From Octopus vulgaris (Eukaryota): 64,000 nucleotides of DNA. The position numbers and the translations under genes were made by a program. Below, piece after piece: positions 12,361 to 27,909 of this stretch. The number at the start of each line of letters is the position of its first letter. Position 1 is the first letter of the stretch. The notes below the pieces were generated by a model. The model saw nothing but the letters and a program-made list of their open reading frames with translations, was not told the origin of the DNA and did not search any database. The stretch spans positions 118,296,001 to 118,360,000 of the forward strand of contig OX597817.1 of NCBI GenBank assembly GCA_951406725.2. Reading direction: 5' to 3'.

Positions 12361-14184
12361 AGAAAATTATTTTAATAAATCTGACACCAAAATATCAGTA
12401 TATATTATACAGTTGTAATATATATACAGCTGTATGTATCTCTCAATGAAAAATTGCATAAAAATAGAATATTTTACCACCAATGTATAAATAAATATGA
12501 GTAAGATGAATTTTGCATGCGTAGGCAGCAGACAAAATAACTTACATTAAAGTCTGCTAATAAATTCATTACACCATTTTACATAAACTTTCTGCAGCCT
12601 TTTTCTATTAAAATTTATCCTTTCTTACCGTACCTATAATATTATGCGAAGAATGTATTAATAACTTCGAGCACCAGTATGTCAATGAGTACGGACCTAA
12701 TTACAAATCAATAGTGAATCGATCAGAATAAATTTAGTTTCTTTTCTTTACACTGTAAGTAATATTTCCCTAATGCATATATTATTAGTTCTCACCATTT
12801 CCAAAACTTTGGAATATATTATTCATTAAGCTGGAATTCATATTTAAACATGTCTACACATATTCAATTATAGTGGTTTTTACAAATATCTCTGTCTGAA
12901 AATTAGCTAGCTCATATTATTTAGCTTCGTCCTTCTAATATGATAAAATCCGCTACAAACGAGGTTCTTTGTTGCTGTTTTTCATAAAAGTAGAAGTTTA
13001 TTATAAATACCTCTCAAATGTGAAGCAATAGGTTACTCATCAACAAACCAATCAACTTAATCTTATGTGCCGCACCCTGCCTCTTTTCTACAGTTCACTA
13101 TATTGGGCTTTGTATCACAAGGTTGATTTATTTCATGTCATCGACTTTCATCCCACCGATTCAAGTGCCTCTAATCATGCAAGCCTTGCACCAAACACAT
13201 TTTTCAATTTTCCTTACCCAAAGAGTAAGTCTTCTAGAATTCTCTACCTACTCATGTTTTTCTTCAGCCATCGACTTCTAGACAAACATGAACTACTTTG
13301 ACTATGCATATCTCAGAGGCATTATTAATGCCACATTGTCAATCAACACGCCGGACTAAACTATTAAGAGACAAATACAACCTGAGGTCTATCTGTCGGT
13401 TTTACTTCTCCATTACAAATTTGCTGCGTAGAATTAATGAAACAATTTTTCATTATAGTAGATATGTTCGTACAATAATGATTCTCCATTTCTATTATCT
13501 TATTTTACTATGAGCGATAACACACGTAATCCACTTCAAACTTTTCTTTAATTCATTTCAGTCACGTAGGACAAAATAAAGAAGTTTGTCTTTTATCAGA
13601 TTATAACCGAGTTACAAACCAGCCTCGTGAACTTTTAATTGGCGAATGTAAGACTTCGGTAAACAGTAAAATGAAAATCGCTTACCGAAAACAAATTACT
13701 TTCGGATAAGAATGTTAGGCCAAGAGTAATGCAAATCTTGCATATTTCTAATGTTAGTGTTTAATGAAGAATGTAAAGCCTTAGGTATTCGAATATCTAC
13801 ATAACTTGCGAAATAGATGAAGCCACAAATGGGTTATTGCACCTGCCAATATTTATATCCACCCGATAGGATTAAGAGTTGAAATCAATTCAGTAATATC
13901 ACTGTAATTTTCCCTATATTAAGCAAATTTGGTGTTGACAGTAACCGTTAACGCTAACTTTGTGTTGACATTACGCCTTAACACTAGGCTTTTATAGCAC
14001 AAAATAAATTCAGAAAAATACTCCAATTTTCTTAGCAGTAACAGGGTGCAAATATATGGACAGATCTATACAGTGACGAATTAATACCTAAACCACATCT
14101 ACAGCTGTCACTCGCAAGTAAATACGACTCTGTAGTATGCACGGTACTTGTTTTAGGCGTCCATGTAGTCTACGATGTGCAAGC

Positions 14185-14186
<2 letters not shown>

Positions 14187-14248
<62 letters not shown>
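14187..14248. repeat. (GA)n microsatellite
   Basis: Directly visible. Confidence 0.95.
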
Positions 14249-14250
<2 letters not shown>

Positions 14251-17200
14251 AGGATGCTCCGGTATTGTAATTATACGTTATTCGTCAATTCCGAAAGTAT
14301 GAAAGGCAAAATAGACCTCAGTGTGAATTTAAGTCAATGCACAAAGAGACAGGAAGATCAGAATAATGCATGCTGTCTGTTGTTCCAATGGATTTCACCT
14401 GCTAAACTATCTAGAAATAATTGTTTCTGATTAAGCCGCAAAGCCAATAATTCTGAAGAAAGTGATGCCGTCGATCCCATTACTTGACTGTTATTATATT
14501 TATCCACCGCAGAGAGATGAAAAACAAATTTGACATCGAACACCGTGAAATAATAAGTACCAGCAACATCGGAATGTAAATAGTACAATTCTTTGCGACA
14601 AACTAACTGAAAATATTATTATTGAAGGTCGCTACTTATCTTGGTTCAGCAATGCCCAAGCATATTTATGACACTTAAGAAGCCCTAATACTCTGAATGA
14701 GATCCGCAACTCCAGCGAACCTGATATATTATTCTTCAAGATGGCTCAATATTTCATGAATAGTTTAGTTAGGTTCCACATTTATCTAAATCGAAACCTA
14801 GGTTCAATATCCATTTGAAGCAATTTTTGACTCACATGTACTATATTATTGCTGTATGGAAACCATGTTTTACCTCCATTAGCAATTGTAACCTCAGCAC
14901 GTTTACTTGCTCAATCTAGCAGAAGTAGTAAGCCAATCTCTTCAAACTGGATAGTACACAATGAAGGATATGTGATATAAGCTATTTAATCCATTTATAA
15001 ATATGATAAGGTGATCGCGGTTAGGACGCATTAGATGAGCGATAATACATGCAATCCACTTCAAACTGTTCGGTCGAGTTTAATCTGGTACTAAATGTTA
15101 ACAGCCATAGTATAGAGCCAACGAAAGTGATCGTAATTTGTAACATTGATTGGTAGTTATGGCAACGATGTTTCACTTAAATTACGTACTACTTACATGA
15201 AAATACAAATGATGCATTAGATAATATAGTCATAGGTTCGCCATAATCATAAAGAACGACTGGATACTGATGACTGCAATTCTTTTAAACACAAGTCTGT
15301 ACTACTAGTGTTGGCCTCGTAGATAATCGGAAAGAAATATTTCTAAGATTAGAAATATATCTGGAAGTAATCGTTAAAAAATATTTTTGTTGTATTTACA
15401 TCAATCAACTATTTCATCTGTTTAATATTGCTTTACTTAAACCTTCGTTCAATGTTGCTCGAAAGTATTTGATTGCTGCAATGAATATTAACATGCGTTC
15501 TTTATAACAGTCAGAAAATGTACTTCTGTTGTATCCTGGTGTAGAAACCTCTTTTAAAGAGAGATAGTTTCAATTCTTATTAGAACCTAATTTCACATTC
15601 TCTTTGAGGCTTAAACAATACTTATTTCTTTTTACATACATTTAAACTTGGTCGAATTTATTCATTCCTACAAAGTATCGTGTAGTCTGTAAATTTTGCC
15701 AGTTATTTATTGTTCTGTTCGCACTAATATCTCTGTAATTCCACGTGTTAAATATAACAGCGCATTATTTCAAATTTACTAGTACATATAAAATTAACAT
15801 AATATATAAAGACGACACTCTTCGATGAAATACGATCTACCATTTAGGTTTTTAGAGAAATATAATTCTTTACTATAAAGATTCAAATATATGTAAGGAC
15901 ATTGGAGGAGATAAGCTTCGAAGTTTCAAGCAAAACGTGAAGGGTTGATGATAGGATTATCAATATAGCTCGTGTTTAAAAACAATTTATTTATTTTCTA
16001 TTGGTACCAATGGGCTGAATATTTGATAAGATAGAAATTGTTTTGTTTTGTTTTTATTGATGTTTCTACTGTTTCAAAAATTGCTCTTACTTTTTTGTAG
16101 ACATAGTTGTCTAAGTAATTGTCAGAAAATTATTATCCGCATATGGTATAGAGGTTTTATAGCAGCCATTATAAAATTATCCTTCAGGTAATAATTTTCA
16201 AATATCTGAATATTCATTTATATTGTTATATAAATTGTAAACTTAATTATAGACACATTTAGTTTTTTTATTATTCAGTATATTATATGTAAAATGCTTT
16301 AGTCGAAAAACGTTTACGGAGACATTGTTTATCACGTGTTCGTAAGATTTCATTAACACTTCTCTATGCAAAATGGGAAGGTAATGTCAGTTTAATGCAA
16401 AATGGGAAGGTAACGTCAGTTTAATGAATCTCTCTTTTTCTCTCTCACTCACGTACTCTCTCTCTCTCTCTCTCTCTCTATTTCACACACATACACACAT
16501 GCACGCGCGCACACACACACTCCTCTCTCTCTCTCTCTCTCTCTCTCTTCTACATGATCTCTCTCAGCACAGGAATACATGTGCAATCCATTGTGTTTTA
16601 ACCTAAAACATGGTATCAATATTGGAAAACATATTCCTATGAAGGAAAACGTACTTCAAACTAATTCATAATGTTGATTCTCAGATGTATTTATGTGATA
16701 TTAAATTTTTAAGTAAAAGCTGTTATATTTAATCTAGTGAACGATAATCGACGCTCATTCACTTCAATTACACTCATAAGAAAAGAATAATCCTTAACGA
16801 TGATGAGAAGCAAGTGAGACAACATTTAAAACTAAGGAGCATATTAGTCTACGAAATTGATATCAAATATCTATATTTGTCTAGGCGAAATTAATTTTGC
16901 TTTGATCACCTTTGGCTAGAAAACTTAAATTGGATTTTGGAATGAAGGTACCTTTCTACGCAACATTTATAGTGTCGAACTAGCGAAGGAGTCATTTGGT
17001 GGTCACTTGATGAGACAGAAATAGTATAGAAATAAGAGTGAAATAACAATAAGCTATCTGTAAAAAAAAATAAACGGAAGAATTCACGGGATAATCTTTA
17101 CTATGCAAAATAGGAAGGTAACCATGGTTTGAAACGATATTAGTTTGATCAATCAGCTATGACCAGGATTAAGCTTCAACAAAGACAATCACGGTATTAA

Positions 17201-17926
17201 TTACGGAAGTAAATTGGAATATATTTCACCATGTGCTAAATCCAGTCTATGGATCAACAAAAGAGACCCTATGTGGCCGCTAGACATGACAGTAACAGTA
17301 ACTGAATCAATGTCTAAACATTATATCCCACCGCTTTGAAAGGGAATATTACAAGGAATAACGTAAACCTAGACAATATGTGTCTAAAGTTAAGACAAGA
17401 TTACTAAGGCTAAGGACTACCTAATCAGTACTGATTGGATCTTAACAACAATAGCGATGTGATTAATTATTTCTAATTCTTAGTAAGAGCAAAGTAATTC
17501 AAAGTGAGATAAACATTTCTACGGAAGCATATTACATTTAAACAAAATTAAAACTGACTTCACTATTTATGCGGTAGGCAGTGTTTTCTTTTTTCATTTT
17601 TTTTTTGTTATTATATTCTCTAACATAAATACGATCCTGTCAAGATATTCATAATTGTTTTGAAACGTCTGCCAGAGTATTTAGCCATGATATAGCCGCC
17701 ATAAAATCCATACTAAACATTCAATATTCCCTGCAAGATACTGGTGCTTCCCATCCACATGGAGAATGGAAATGAAGTTAGAAGTAGTGAGCAGATAGCA
17801 AGTAACAGAGGTTCAGAAGCAGTAGGTAATCCATCGCATGGTATTCGTTTAAATGCGATTGTCCTTTCTTTTTAGAGCATTTTTATATAACAGTAATGCA
17901 AACATGCATATATTAGCAATACTCCA

Positions 17927-18605
17927 AGGCGTGAGTGAGTGTGAAGATTATTTCTTGCCAACCACACGGTTGTGTTTTCAGTCCCACTGAGTGGCACATT
18001 AGGTAAGTGTCTCCTGTTATAGTCTATATCTCCGGGCCGCCAAGGTTTGTGAGCGCTTTTGCCTGACGGAAAATGAAAGAAGCCCGTCGTTTGTGTTTGT
18101 GTGTGTGTGTGTGTGTGTGTCTGTGTATGTCTGTGCGACGGGGTACTGAGAATCTCCTGGCTTTAATAGTTACGCGAAAGGCCTGTTTAGAGGTCTAACC
18201 TTCCGTGGTCTTTACAGGACTTAGAAAGAAATGAAGGACCGCTACTTGAAGTGTGAATCTGAGGGCGGAATATGTTGAACAAAATCATAATTAACTGACC
18301 CTCTTTTATTTTATTTTACCTTAAGTCAGGAACTTTTTAGCACTCCCTCATAAGTATGTATGTATGTACGCATGTATATATGTATGTACGTATGTATATA
18401 TATATGAGTGTCATTGTGTGTTTGTCCACCAGCCACGGCTTCATAACCGGTGTTGGTGCGTATATATCCCCGCAATTTGGTGGTTTGAACAAAGAGACCG
18501 ATGGGATAAATTACAGCTTAAAGAAAAATAAGTACTAGTAGAGTCGATTGGTTTTCACTAAAGCTCCACAAGGCAATGCTTTTTTGGTGGTGGGGGTCTC
18601 CAATG
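17927..18605 (+). mobile_element. SINE family A, old copy, with a mariner MITE in its central microsatellite
   Basis: Head ...tcagtcccactgagtggcacattaggtaagtgtctcc...gacggaaaatgaaagaagcccgtcg and 3' half tgtttgtcc...aaagagaccgat...gtcgattg match the other copies. Confidence 0.8.
18138..18351 (+). mobile_element. Mariner-type MITE retaining the transposase C-terminal tip
   Basis: Imperfect TIRs acggggtactgagaatctcctggctttaa / ttaagtcaggaactttttagcactccctcata. Internal ggacttagaaaga...aagtgtg...gaatatgttgaa resembles the mariner G...L..R..KC....GEYVE end. Confidence 0.7.
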
Positions 18606-20715
18606 ATGAAAATGTAATATTTACTGGGCAAATTTATATAGTGTAGAAGTGATATTAGGTATTTTTTACGTTTATTTCTGTTAAATCAGCATTCTTTATG
18701 TTAATTACACTCTGAAATCCTTATTGTCCCTTTGAAATAGGTAGCTCGAGTTTTGAAATGATTAATTTCACTTCAAAACGGCAAATTTCTCATTTAGAAG
18801 TAAAATCTGGACCCATAGAATTCTAATACACTGCAATTTCTGAATTTCTTGCGATTTGGCTCTTACTCTATAACGTTCACCAAAAGCATTGGAAATACTT
18901 GGGCGAGATATAAGTTGCCTAGGGGCTAGTAACACTAAAACACGCATTTCTCAAAAACAGTATACAAGAGTTGTTAACATCTCATTTATCAAGTGAAGTT
19001 CAGTAGATAATTTAACGCAGGTAGCTATTGCTAAGTGCTTTGCTCATCTTCACAGTAGCGATTTTTTAATCTGTGATACCAAATTTAAGACAAAGCCATT
19101 TAAGAGATATGTGTGATAATTACCTGGAATTGGTATGGTTCAACATAAAAACATATCCCATACCATAGACCTATGATGATAAACAATCAAGTTCTTCCCA
19201 TCCGATCATTATGACATTTATAATTTAACTAGGACTGTATATTTTTCTAATGTGAGTTTTTTTTGTTTTTTTTTTTTGGAATGAAAATAGAGTATGAGTT
19301 TACGGAGAATAGTTTTCGAATTTTTGCAGATCGAATTAAGCATATAAAAGCTCTCTCACCATCTACTTTCCCTTACCTCTCTTTTATGAGCCAGCCAAGT
19401 TACACACCGCCAGATATTTGACCAGTTACCCAGTTTTTTATCCGTTTACATTTCAAAACAACCTAATTATTAAGTAGATGTAGTATAATACAAAAATTTA
19501 AACGAGATTTTTTGCTTCAGACGAGATTTTTTGCTTTATATTAAGAATATCTAAGACTGCAAAGAAGTACAATGATATTTTTAAGGCTTCAATATAGACC
19601 TAACACAAATTAAAAACCTATTTTATTGCATAAAACTGGTGGAAGCTGCAAGTTTGATTCACATTTATTGGACTGAAGAAAAGGCTAATTTGCTTTCTTA
19701 AAAGAAAGTTGTTGCCTGTGCTTAGGTCAGCCTAATTGAGATTATTCTATTGCAAAAGCGCAATGCCTTTTGTATAAATGATCAAAAACATTGTAGGTGC
19801 AATAATCCACTCTGTTTACCTTCAATTATAGTACACATAATATTATACCATATTATGTGTCCTTGTTTTGTTTATCACGTGTGATTTGAGAGAGCCTTAT
19901 TTCCGAACAGGTCTATCATAAAGTCATTTCTTGCCTGCTCGTAAAACGTGGAGCAGCTCAGCGGTTATACAACGATCCTTGAATGTATGATTAATATTTC
20001 ATATGTATCTTTATAGTTCTTATACAATGTAGTTTCCCTGGTATTTTTAGTGTAATTTTTTAAGGCTATTGAAGTTTATGGCTCAATAATAGAAAACAAT
20101 TACTGAACTTGGTGTTCGGTTATATTTGTTCTGGCGCTGTTCCAAATTTACATACGGTCCCAGGAATAAATTGGAGAATAAATTAATGATAATCATTTCT
20201 CTTTGAGACAGTAATTATATGAAACACAACTTCCAAATGCCATGAATTTTTAATATTTCATTTCATATATTTCTAAAGCATAACGGAAATTCTTGCGGCC
20301 TAGGCACTGATACGCTGCTTGCTATAATAGTAATTCTTGAATTGTATAGTAATTGCTGTTTTCATGAAGACATATTATGGAATGATTAGCTATATTCCAC
20401 CATCTGAGTATAGTAAATGGCATAAAGATGTTCACTAAGACTTAGACAAAACAGTTATTCTGCCTTCAAAGAAATTTTTATTGGCTAAACGGAAACATTT
20501 TCCATGTAAATTGAATATTTACCAAAACTTGTGCGTGGGAGATATGTAATTTTAAATTAATTTATTTAATGAAATAATTATGAAATTATCAATTTTGATT
20601 TGCAAACTTCATAATTACAATCAACATAATAGATATTTTAAATTGATTTAGATTTCGTGAAATATTCATGGTTAAGTTTACATATAAATGCATATGTATG
20701 TGCGCGTATGTATAG

Positions 20716-20812
20716 CTATCTATCTATCTATCTATCTATCTTTCTATCTATCTATCTATCTATCTACCTATCTATCTATCTATCTATCTATAAATATCTA
20801 TCTATCTATCTT

Positions 20813-20870
<58 letters not shown>
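20716..20870. repeat. (CTAT)n microsatellite
   Basis: Directly visible. Confidence 0.95.
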
Positions 20871-20871
<1 letters not shown>

Positions 20872-20887
20872 CTCTATATATATATAT

Positions 20888-21038
20888 GTAAATGTGTGTG
20901 TGTGCGTGTGTGTGTGTGTATGTGTATACATGCATACATGCATATGCATGAATGTTTGTACGCGCAAACTGTTGCATGTTACAGGTATTCGCAAATATAT
21001 GTATCGGTAAAACAGATCACTGTTCAGGAAACGCACAC

Positions 21039-21101
<63 letters not shown>

Positions 21102-21260
21102 AATGTGTGTGTGTGTGTGCGTGTGTGTGTGTATGTGTATACATGCATACATGCATATGCATGAATGTTTGTACGCGCATACTGATGCATGTTACAGGTA
21201 TTCGCAAATATATGTATCGGTAAAACAGATCACTGTTCAGGAAACGCACACCAACATATA
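20888..21260. repeat. Tandem duplication of ~160 bp separated by (TA)n (20888-21047 and 21099-21260)
   Basis: The copies differ only by (TG)n length and about two substitutions (gcaaactgttgc vs gcatactgatgc). Confidence 0.9.
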
Positions 21261-23279
21261 GGCACACACACACACACACGCACTTACATATATATGTATA
21301 TATATGTATATATATATAGAGAGAGAGAGGGGAGGACAGATCGGGAGAGCGAGGTAGAGAGAGATGGAGGGTATGAGGAGAGGGATGGGGGAGAAAGGAA
21401 GTACTTAATGTGTATTATTATATCTTTATGAAGGTGGCAGTGCATATATTCCAAAACCTGTGCACATAATTGAGTGAAATCGTAAGTGTGTCTCTACATG
21501 CATTTAAGAATATTAATATATTCATATTAACTTATTGACTTAAATACATTCATTTGTAAACAACATTATAAATATTATAAATAACAGAGATTACTTTTTA
21601 ACTTGCCAGATTAGCCGAAACATAGGGAGATCAGTCAATTGGAAATATTTGGGATAAATACCAATGTAAATAATTAGTTTCCTGAAATTCAGTAATTAAG
21701 ATGTAAAGAAATATGTAATTAAGACGAAAGGAAACAAATACAAATACTTACATGTTCGGAACATGATTAATGTTGTTATATGTATGCATGGAATAGAAAC
21801 CTATTCAACTATGTCTTTGAAAATAAAACTCGAGGAGAAAATAAAGACATTCAGAAGTCGAATTTATTTTGAATGGAATAAATTTAATAGCTTAAAGAGG
21901 CGAGTACAAAAACCAGAATGGATAAGCATTCATTTATATACGCACACAACAGTTTATGCTAGAAGACTAGGGAGAAAATTGAGATGTAGGGTATTTATTT
22001 TTCTATGTGTTTGCTAAAAATCTGCAAATATGTATTTGGGTGTGAATATTTTGGATAAATATCATATTTTCCTATTCAAGCTAATGTATAATTACACAAC
22101 CATATGTCCACTCGTAAATTCATATAAATGATATTCAATAGATGTGTTAATGTGCATGAGTGAGTATGTATATGTGTATGAAATGTTTGATATATAAATA
22201 TATATGCGTATATGAACACTATTGTATTCCGTGGAACTAATGTACTGCACATTACCGTATACAAGTTAATTTATAAAATATCCAGTTTCTTTCTCTTTTT
22301 CTTTTTGCAAACTATGGTTAATTTGTGAACTTATAAACCTCACCTAGGGATGTTAATAGAATGTTTTCTAGTCTAATAAATATTCCACAGAACATGTAGT
22401 ATTTTGGGGTCACAACGTAATATAAACAGAGATCAGAAGATTTATTAACGAAATGAAGTCGGTACAGCCTAAACGAATTAATGATGTAATAGGCATCAGA
22501 TATCAGAAAATGCTATTAGCAAACAAAATCTAGATAAAACATCATATTATATTAGTCTTTTGTGTATTGCTGCAATCTGAATTTTAAGGTCATTTTGTAT
22601 TCTAATCATTTTTTTCCGATTCTTAACACTTTCTCTTATATATGCACTTGCATATCTTTTCCCAACTCTAGAAGATTTTTGCATTGATGCATTGATGCGT
22701 CAGATGTCTGTTGATATCAGGATCTCTTCCAAAGCTAATGAAGGCGGCTTCCGGTACACGGTAAAATTGTTTTAATACTCTTTATCTTGTACTCAACCGA
22801 TATTATTCGGTCTGGATATATATGGTGTTGTCCAAAATACTAAGAACCTCACCGCACTATTTTATACGCTCAATAGGAATCAGAAATGAAGAATCAGAAA
22901 CCAATATTGGAAAATTCTTGAAAAATATATTCTCCGTTTGATAGGTTATATTACAAAATATGGACACCTTGATACCTTGCCGATTATTGAGGACGCTTTA
23001 CATTTAATCCGCTTTCTAAACTAAATATTTTGATGTGGAAAATTAGGTGATATGTATGTGCAGATGATTTTATTATTGTGCCTCTTCTTAAAATTTACAC
23101 ACAATACCATGCACACACACACACATACACATTGGTATACAACTCAAACACATCCATATATCTATGTATGTATGTATATATGCTTAAAACCAAAATGTTC
23201 TTGAGAAATGCAAGGTTTGAAACAAAAGAACTTTTATCAAGAAAATAGTAACATGTTATATTACAGGAAATACTTGATT

Positions 23280-24390
23280 TTTACAAAACTTTTTCTTCTC
23301 TGGGTCTAGTCATTCTTCCAGACTTCGTCTCTGGAAGCACTGTTCTAGTGTACCGTAAATATCCTAGCTAAGCTGAGATATCTTGATCTCCCTTTCCCTT
23401 CTCCGCTTCCCATGCTTTCTGCTCTTCTACGTCTACACAGATCTAATTTGCTCGGCTGCAGTTATTTGATATTGCTTATTGAGGTTTTAATTTTTCACTA
23501 AATGAATGAATTACTCTTTCAGTTCAGCTAGCTGCTTAGAGTTTTTGTTGCAACCCGCTTGCCCGCTATTCTTTGGTTTTCATCCAGTTGAGCCTACTCT
23601 TAATGTCATCTCATCATATCCATTTGACTTGTTCTCCTGCTGAGAACGCTTGGATATTTGTGGTTTCACAGTGTGTTTCTCCAAAAGATTTAAAGGGGTG
23701 CCGCTAATGAGAGTATGACAAATCTATGTTCTATCTCCTGTCAAGTGTTCTCCAGCGTATTAACCAGAGCTTCCGCTGTGCACTGCATCTGTGATCTCTC
23801 TTCTCCAGAATCATACCCTAGCTTTTTTTTTGCTCTTTACAAACACCATTTCATTGACATTTACAGTACCTCTTCAGTGAATGACGTTTCAGGGAACCAT
23901 TATCATCAGTAAACGTCTACAAGTTACCGTTGAATCGGTTTTGTGAGACTTTCACCCACCACCTCTTGGGACACTCTGGAGACAGTGCTTGCTCTTGTGT
24001 TTCGTACTTTGGACAGTGACGCCTTGCCTGTTTTGTGTATACGATAGCTGTCTTATATACATGCACCTGTCTTATATAGTGGTCATCTCTCTTTCCAGAG
24101 TCACTAAAATTCCATCGCCGCTTACGACTTTTTCAGAACTACAAACGATACCCAGAAATTCAGGAGAATAGTTCTTATTTATTCAACTTTGAGGAATGCA
24201 GCTTTGACCAGATGTTCGTACCATTGGACAGTGCCACTCCATCATTGTGTTTTAATAAAAAGTAGTAAGATATTTTTGTTGACAGGTCAGTGATGATAGC
24301 CAACATCATTGCCCATCTACTGCTTCTAGCGTCTGTTTTAGCTTCTCACATACTCAAGAGCCAACAAGAGTCATTTGTTTGCTCTTTTAT
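23280..24390 (-). mobile_element. Highly decayed LINE fragment, possibly the APE endonuclease region
   Basis: Raised GC relative to flanks and faint minus-strand remnants such as H.DGVA and V.STKHK. Heavily interrupted. Confidence 0.3.
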
Positions 24391-24707
24391 ATTTTGCTGA
24401 TTCTACCACGCAATGAGCATCTACCATTATCATGCTTCCTCTTATCGCAATAACTGTAAGAAATCTCCATTTGCACTTGATATACTTCGTGTTTCATATT
24501 TGCATGACATGCAAGCATTAATAATGTCGAAATTATGATGTAAACGTGGAAAACTATACAATAGGAAAATTCCAAGTGACAAAGGTTGGAAAAACAATAT
24601 CATTCGTTGATATTTCCTAAAATATAGTCCTTTTTTAATCATACACATACATAAATACAAGTATATATATATATATATCCATATATATATACATAGGTAT
24701 ACACACA

Positions 24708-24780
<73 letters not shown>

Positions 24781-24835
24781 GTATACACACATTCATATAT
24801 ATATATATATATGAATGTGTGTATACCTATTATAT

Positions 24836-24869
<34 letters not shown>

Positions 24870-26899
24870 CATACATATACATATCTGCATGAACATTCAT
24901 ATATATGTACATACACACATATTCTCACACATATATCCGGAGATTGGAATACGTGTGTGGAGTAAAGTGTACATGCCTCTTTGAACGGGGTTAAGGTTTA
25001 ATCCGGTCTATCAATCATTTTCCAGACAGATTTATATCTCAACATAAGTAACAGCATATTAACAGTCTGTTAATATATAGTAAATTACATACAAGTCTTA
25101 AACCAAACATATACTATGTCTCGCAATCATGCAATATTGCACTTTGTCTCAATGAAAGTGCAATTAAACTTGAGAAAACCATTTATGTATATACTCAGTA
25201 AGTTTTAAAATCAAATAAATAATCATGCTAATATAAAAGTATTCATGAAGTGGCCGCAAAAGTACATAATGCAACATTTAATGACAACGTAGTACAAATG
25301 TTCAATATATCAACTATACTCCACATATCAACTATACTGCACAGTTAGGTTTTATAATCTCGCGAAATTCAACCTGTAGAAGACACGGAATTCGCGCTCA
25401 GAGATATCCCTGGGATTGCAGATTATTCCAGACACTTTAACATCAAACCATATTGTCTGAACACCGCACACTAAAATACAATAATACTTGATACAAATTA
25501 TATTACACTAGTAAGTAGAGAATTGGCAGAATCTTTAGCGAGTTGGGTAGAATTTTTCGCATTATTTTATCTGGCGCTGATTCGAAATGCTGCCTAAGCA
25601 AATTTTGCATTTAAAACATTCGGCATCGAAAAACCTAAAAACAACCCAGAGTGGTGGATTGGTGGGGCCGTACCAGTATAAGACCAGGTGTAATGTAGTT
25701 TCTGTTTTGACCCTTACATTCATTCAGTCAGAAGCTCTTTCATTGATGCTGGGCATGTTTGTTCAGTCAAAGGTTGATGGGCTTTCCATAAGGCAACATA
25801 GAATTCGTACAGGTGACAGGGTTGCAAAATATACTACAATATTTGTATTGAATATAATACAATAATAGGCTATACAGCATGTTGCGTAATTTCATATAAT
25901 AAAAAGTATGGTGTCACAATACTTTACATAATAAAATGAACAGGAGTACGTAATATAAAATATAATAATATATTATATGCAAGAATACATTAAATATATA
26001 ACACAGAACAGAGGTAAATTATACACAATAAAATAGGACTAATTGCATTACTTAGAGTGAGTCTTCTTTAATAATACCTAAAATAAATACAGTAACTGCT
26101 TGCCATATATGCTCAATCATTTCTATGTTACGTGGATCGATCCTCGTTAATATTTTCCCATGTTCCACTTTTTACGCATTTAAGGATATCCTAGCGTTAC
26201 TTTTATGACGTCGTCAAATGCCATGGTTTGTATAGATAGAAGTATTTCCAATGCTCCAGCGACTCAAACTGAAAATAAAATTGCATAAGAATCAGCGGGG
26301 TGCATGTTACTTTGGTACAACATTTTATATTTGTCGTCATTTCATTTGGATTTTCTAAGACAATCCCCCAGGTAAGTTGGAGAATTGGCTGAGATACCTT
26401 TAACTGGTTGAAGTAAGTTTGTTTTCAAGTATTTCGTGTATTTTATGCCTTAGATATACAAATATTTCAGTGAAGATCTCTTTTGTCAGATTCTATATGC
26501 ATTTGATAATTCCTATCTTAGCACAATACAGACGGTGTGATATGTAAATGAAATAGAACCCAAAGCCAATTATGTTTCTATACACTGATGTTCTGACGTC
26601 GGCATCTCTCTCAGTACCTGAAGGTTATTTTTAATAAGCTGCTATTTTCTTCCTACTGACTGAAGTTTAATAGATATTTCTTTTCATTTATAAGATGTCT
26701 GATGCTTCTAGCGAGTTACTAGAGTACAATGCTACCCAAATATCTCGACTAGATTGTAAGAGTTGTACTTTACAGAACTAAGATTATGAAGTTTCAATAA
26801 CATAGGTGTTTGCCATTATTGTTTGAGATGGTAATCTAAAAGCCACCCTTACCTTATGTTTGGATATTTGAACAAATACTTGCCATCTAAACGATATAT

Positions 26900-26960
<61 letters not shown>

Positions 26961-27909
26961 AGCAGAAAGTTGGCAGAACTTTTAGCGAGTTGGTATGTTA
27001 GACTACTTCACTTATATCAAAATATACACAGTTACATTCTTTACTTTCATTCAAATTAAACCCTTTCCATGACCATTAGAATCTTAGTCAAAAACTGGAA
27101 ATCTATCGTTGTCTGACCTGCCAGACATAAGAATCAAATCTTGCTCATTTTAAATCATCTCGTTTGAAACAAGGAATATTTCAAGTGTGACAAAAATGGC
27201 ACTGACCTAAAAATTATGAAGAAACTTGCACAAAAAGACCACAGCCCATTCCTCTAAGTAAGTAATTAAAAAATGATTAATAATGCCTGCGTGTCAGAAA
27301 CTAATCTAACAGTTGTTGTCAGAAACTAATCTAACTGCTTCGATTTGGATTTGGTTTGCAAGATTCTTTATATGAGTTCGTGTGTTGAAGCATATTCTGT
27401 TGTATCTGGAGAAAATTTTAGAAAAAGGAAAATAAAAAAAAAGGGGACATTTTACCGGTGAGTGTGTTATATTATAAGGCCCAAAAAGAAAATGACTCTC
27501 CCAGACACAACAGAATCTAACTTTTGTTTTCACAATTATGAAACAAAAGCATCTGACACGCCTTCGTATTTCTTTCATTCTAAGAATATATAGGGGCAAT
27601 ATTGTTTTATTTGAAATACTGTAGCTATATTGTTATTCATTTAGAGTACCTACATATTAAAACGATCCAACGGTAGACTATAACCTACTCCGTTTCTACC
27701 CCCCATTGTCTGCAGCTGGAATTCTTAGTTCGTTTTATTTTAATTTTAAGAAAGTATATACTGTTTCTTTTGTTCTTGGTGACAGGTAATAATTCCTTCA
27801 CGAAATACTTCATTTGTCCTTCATCAGTAAATATCCATTACAAATGAGGCATCATTTAGTGTTACTATATATTTTCGTGGGCAAATAGAAGCTACATATG
27901 TAATATTGG

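Noticed and set aside
16366-16423. Short direct repeats (also ~19500, ~25309, ~27293, ~39120) as CRISPR-like arrays
   Set aside because: Only two or three adjacent units without unique spacers, no cas genes, and a eukaryotic context; these look like ordinary slippage duplications.
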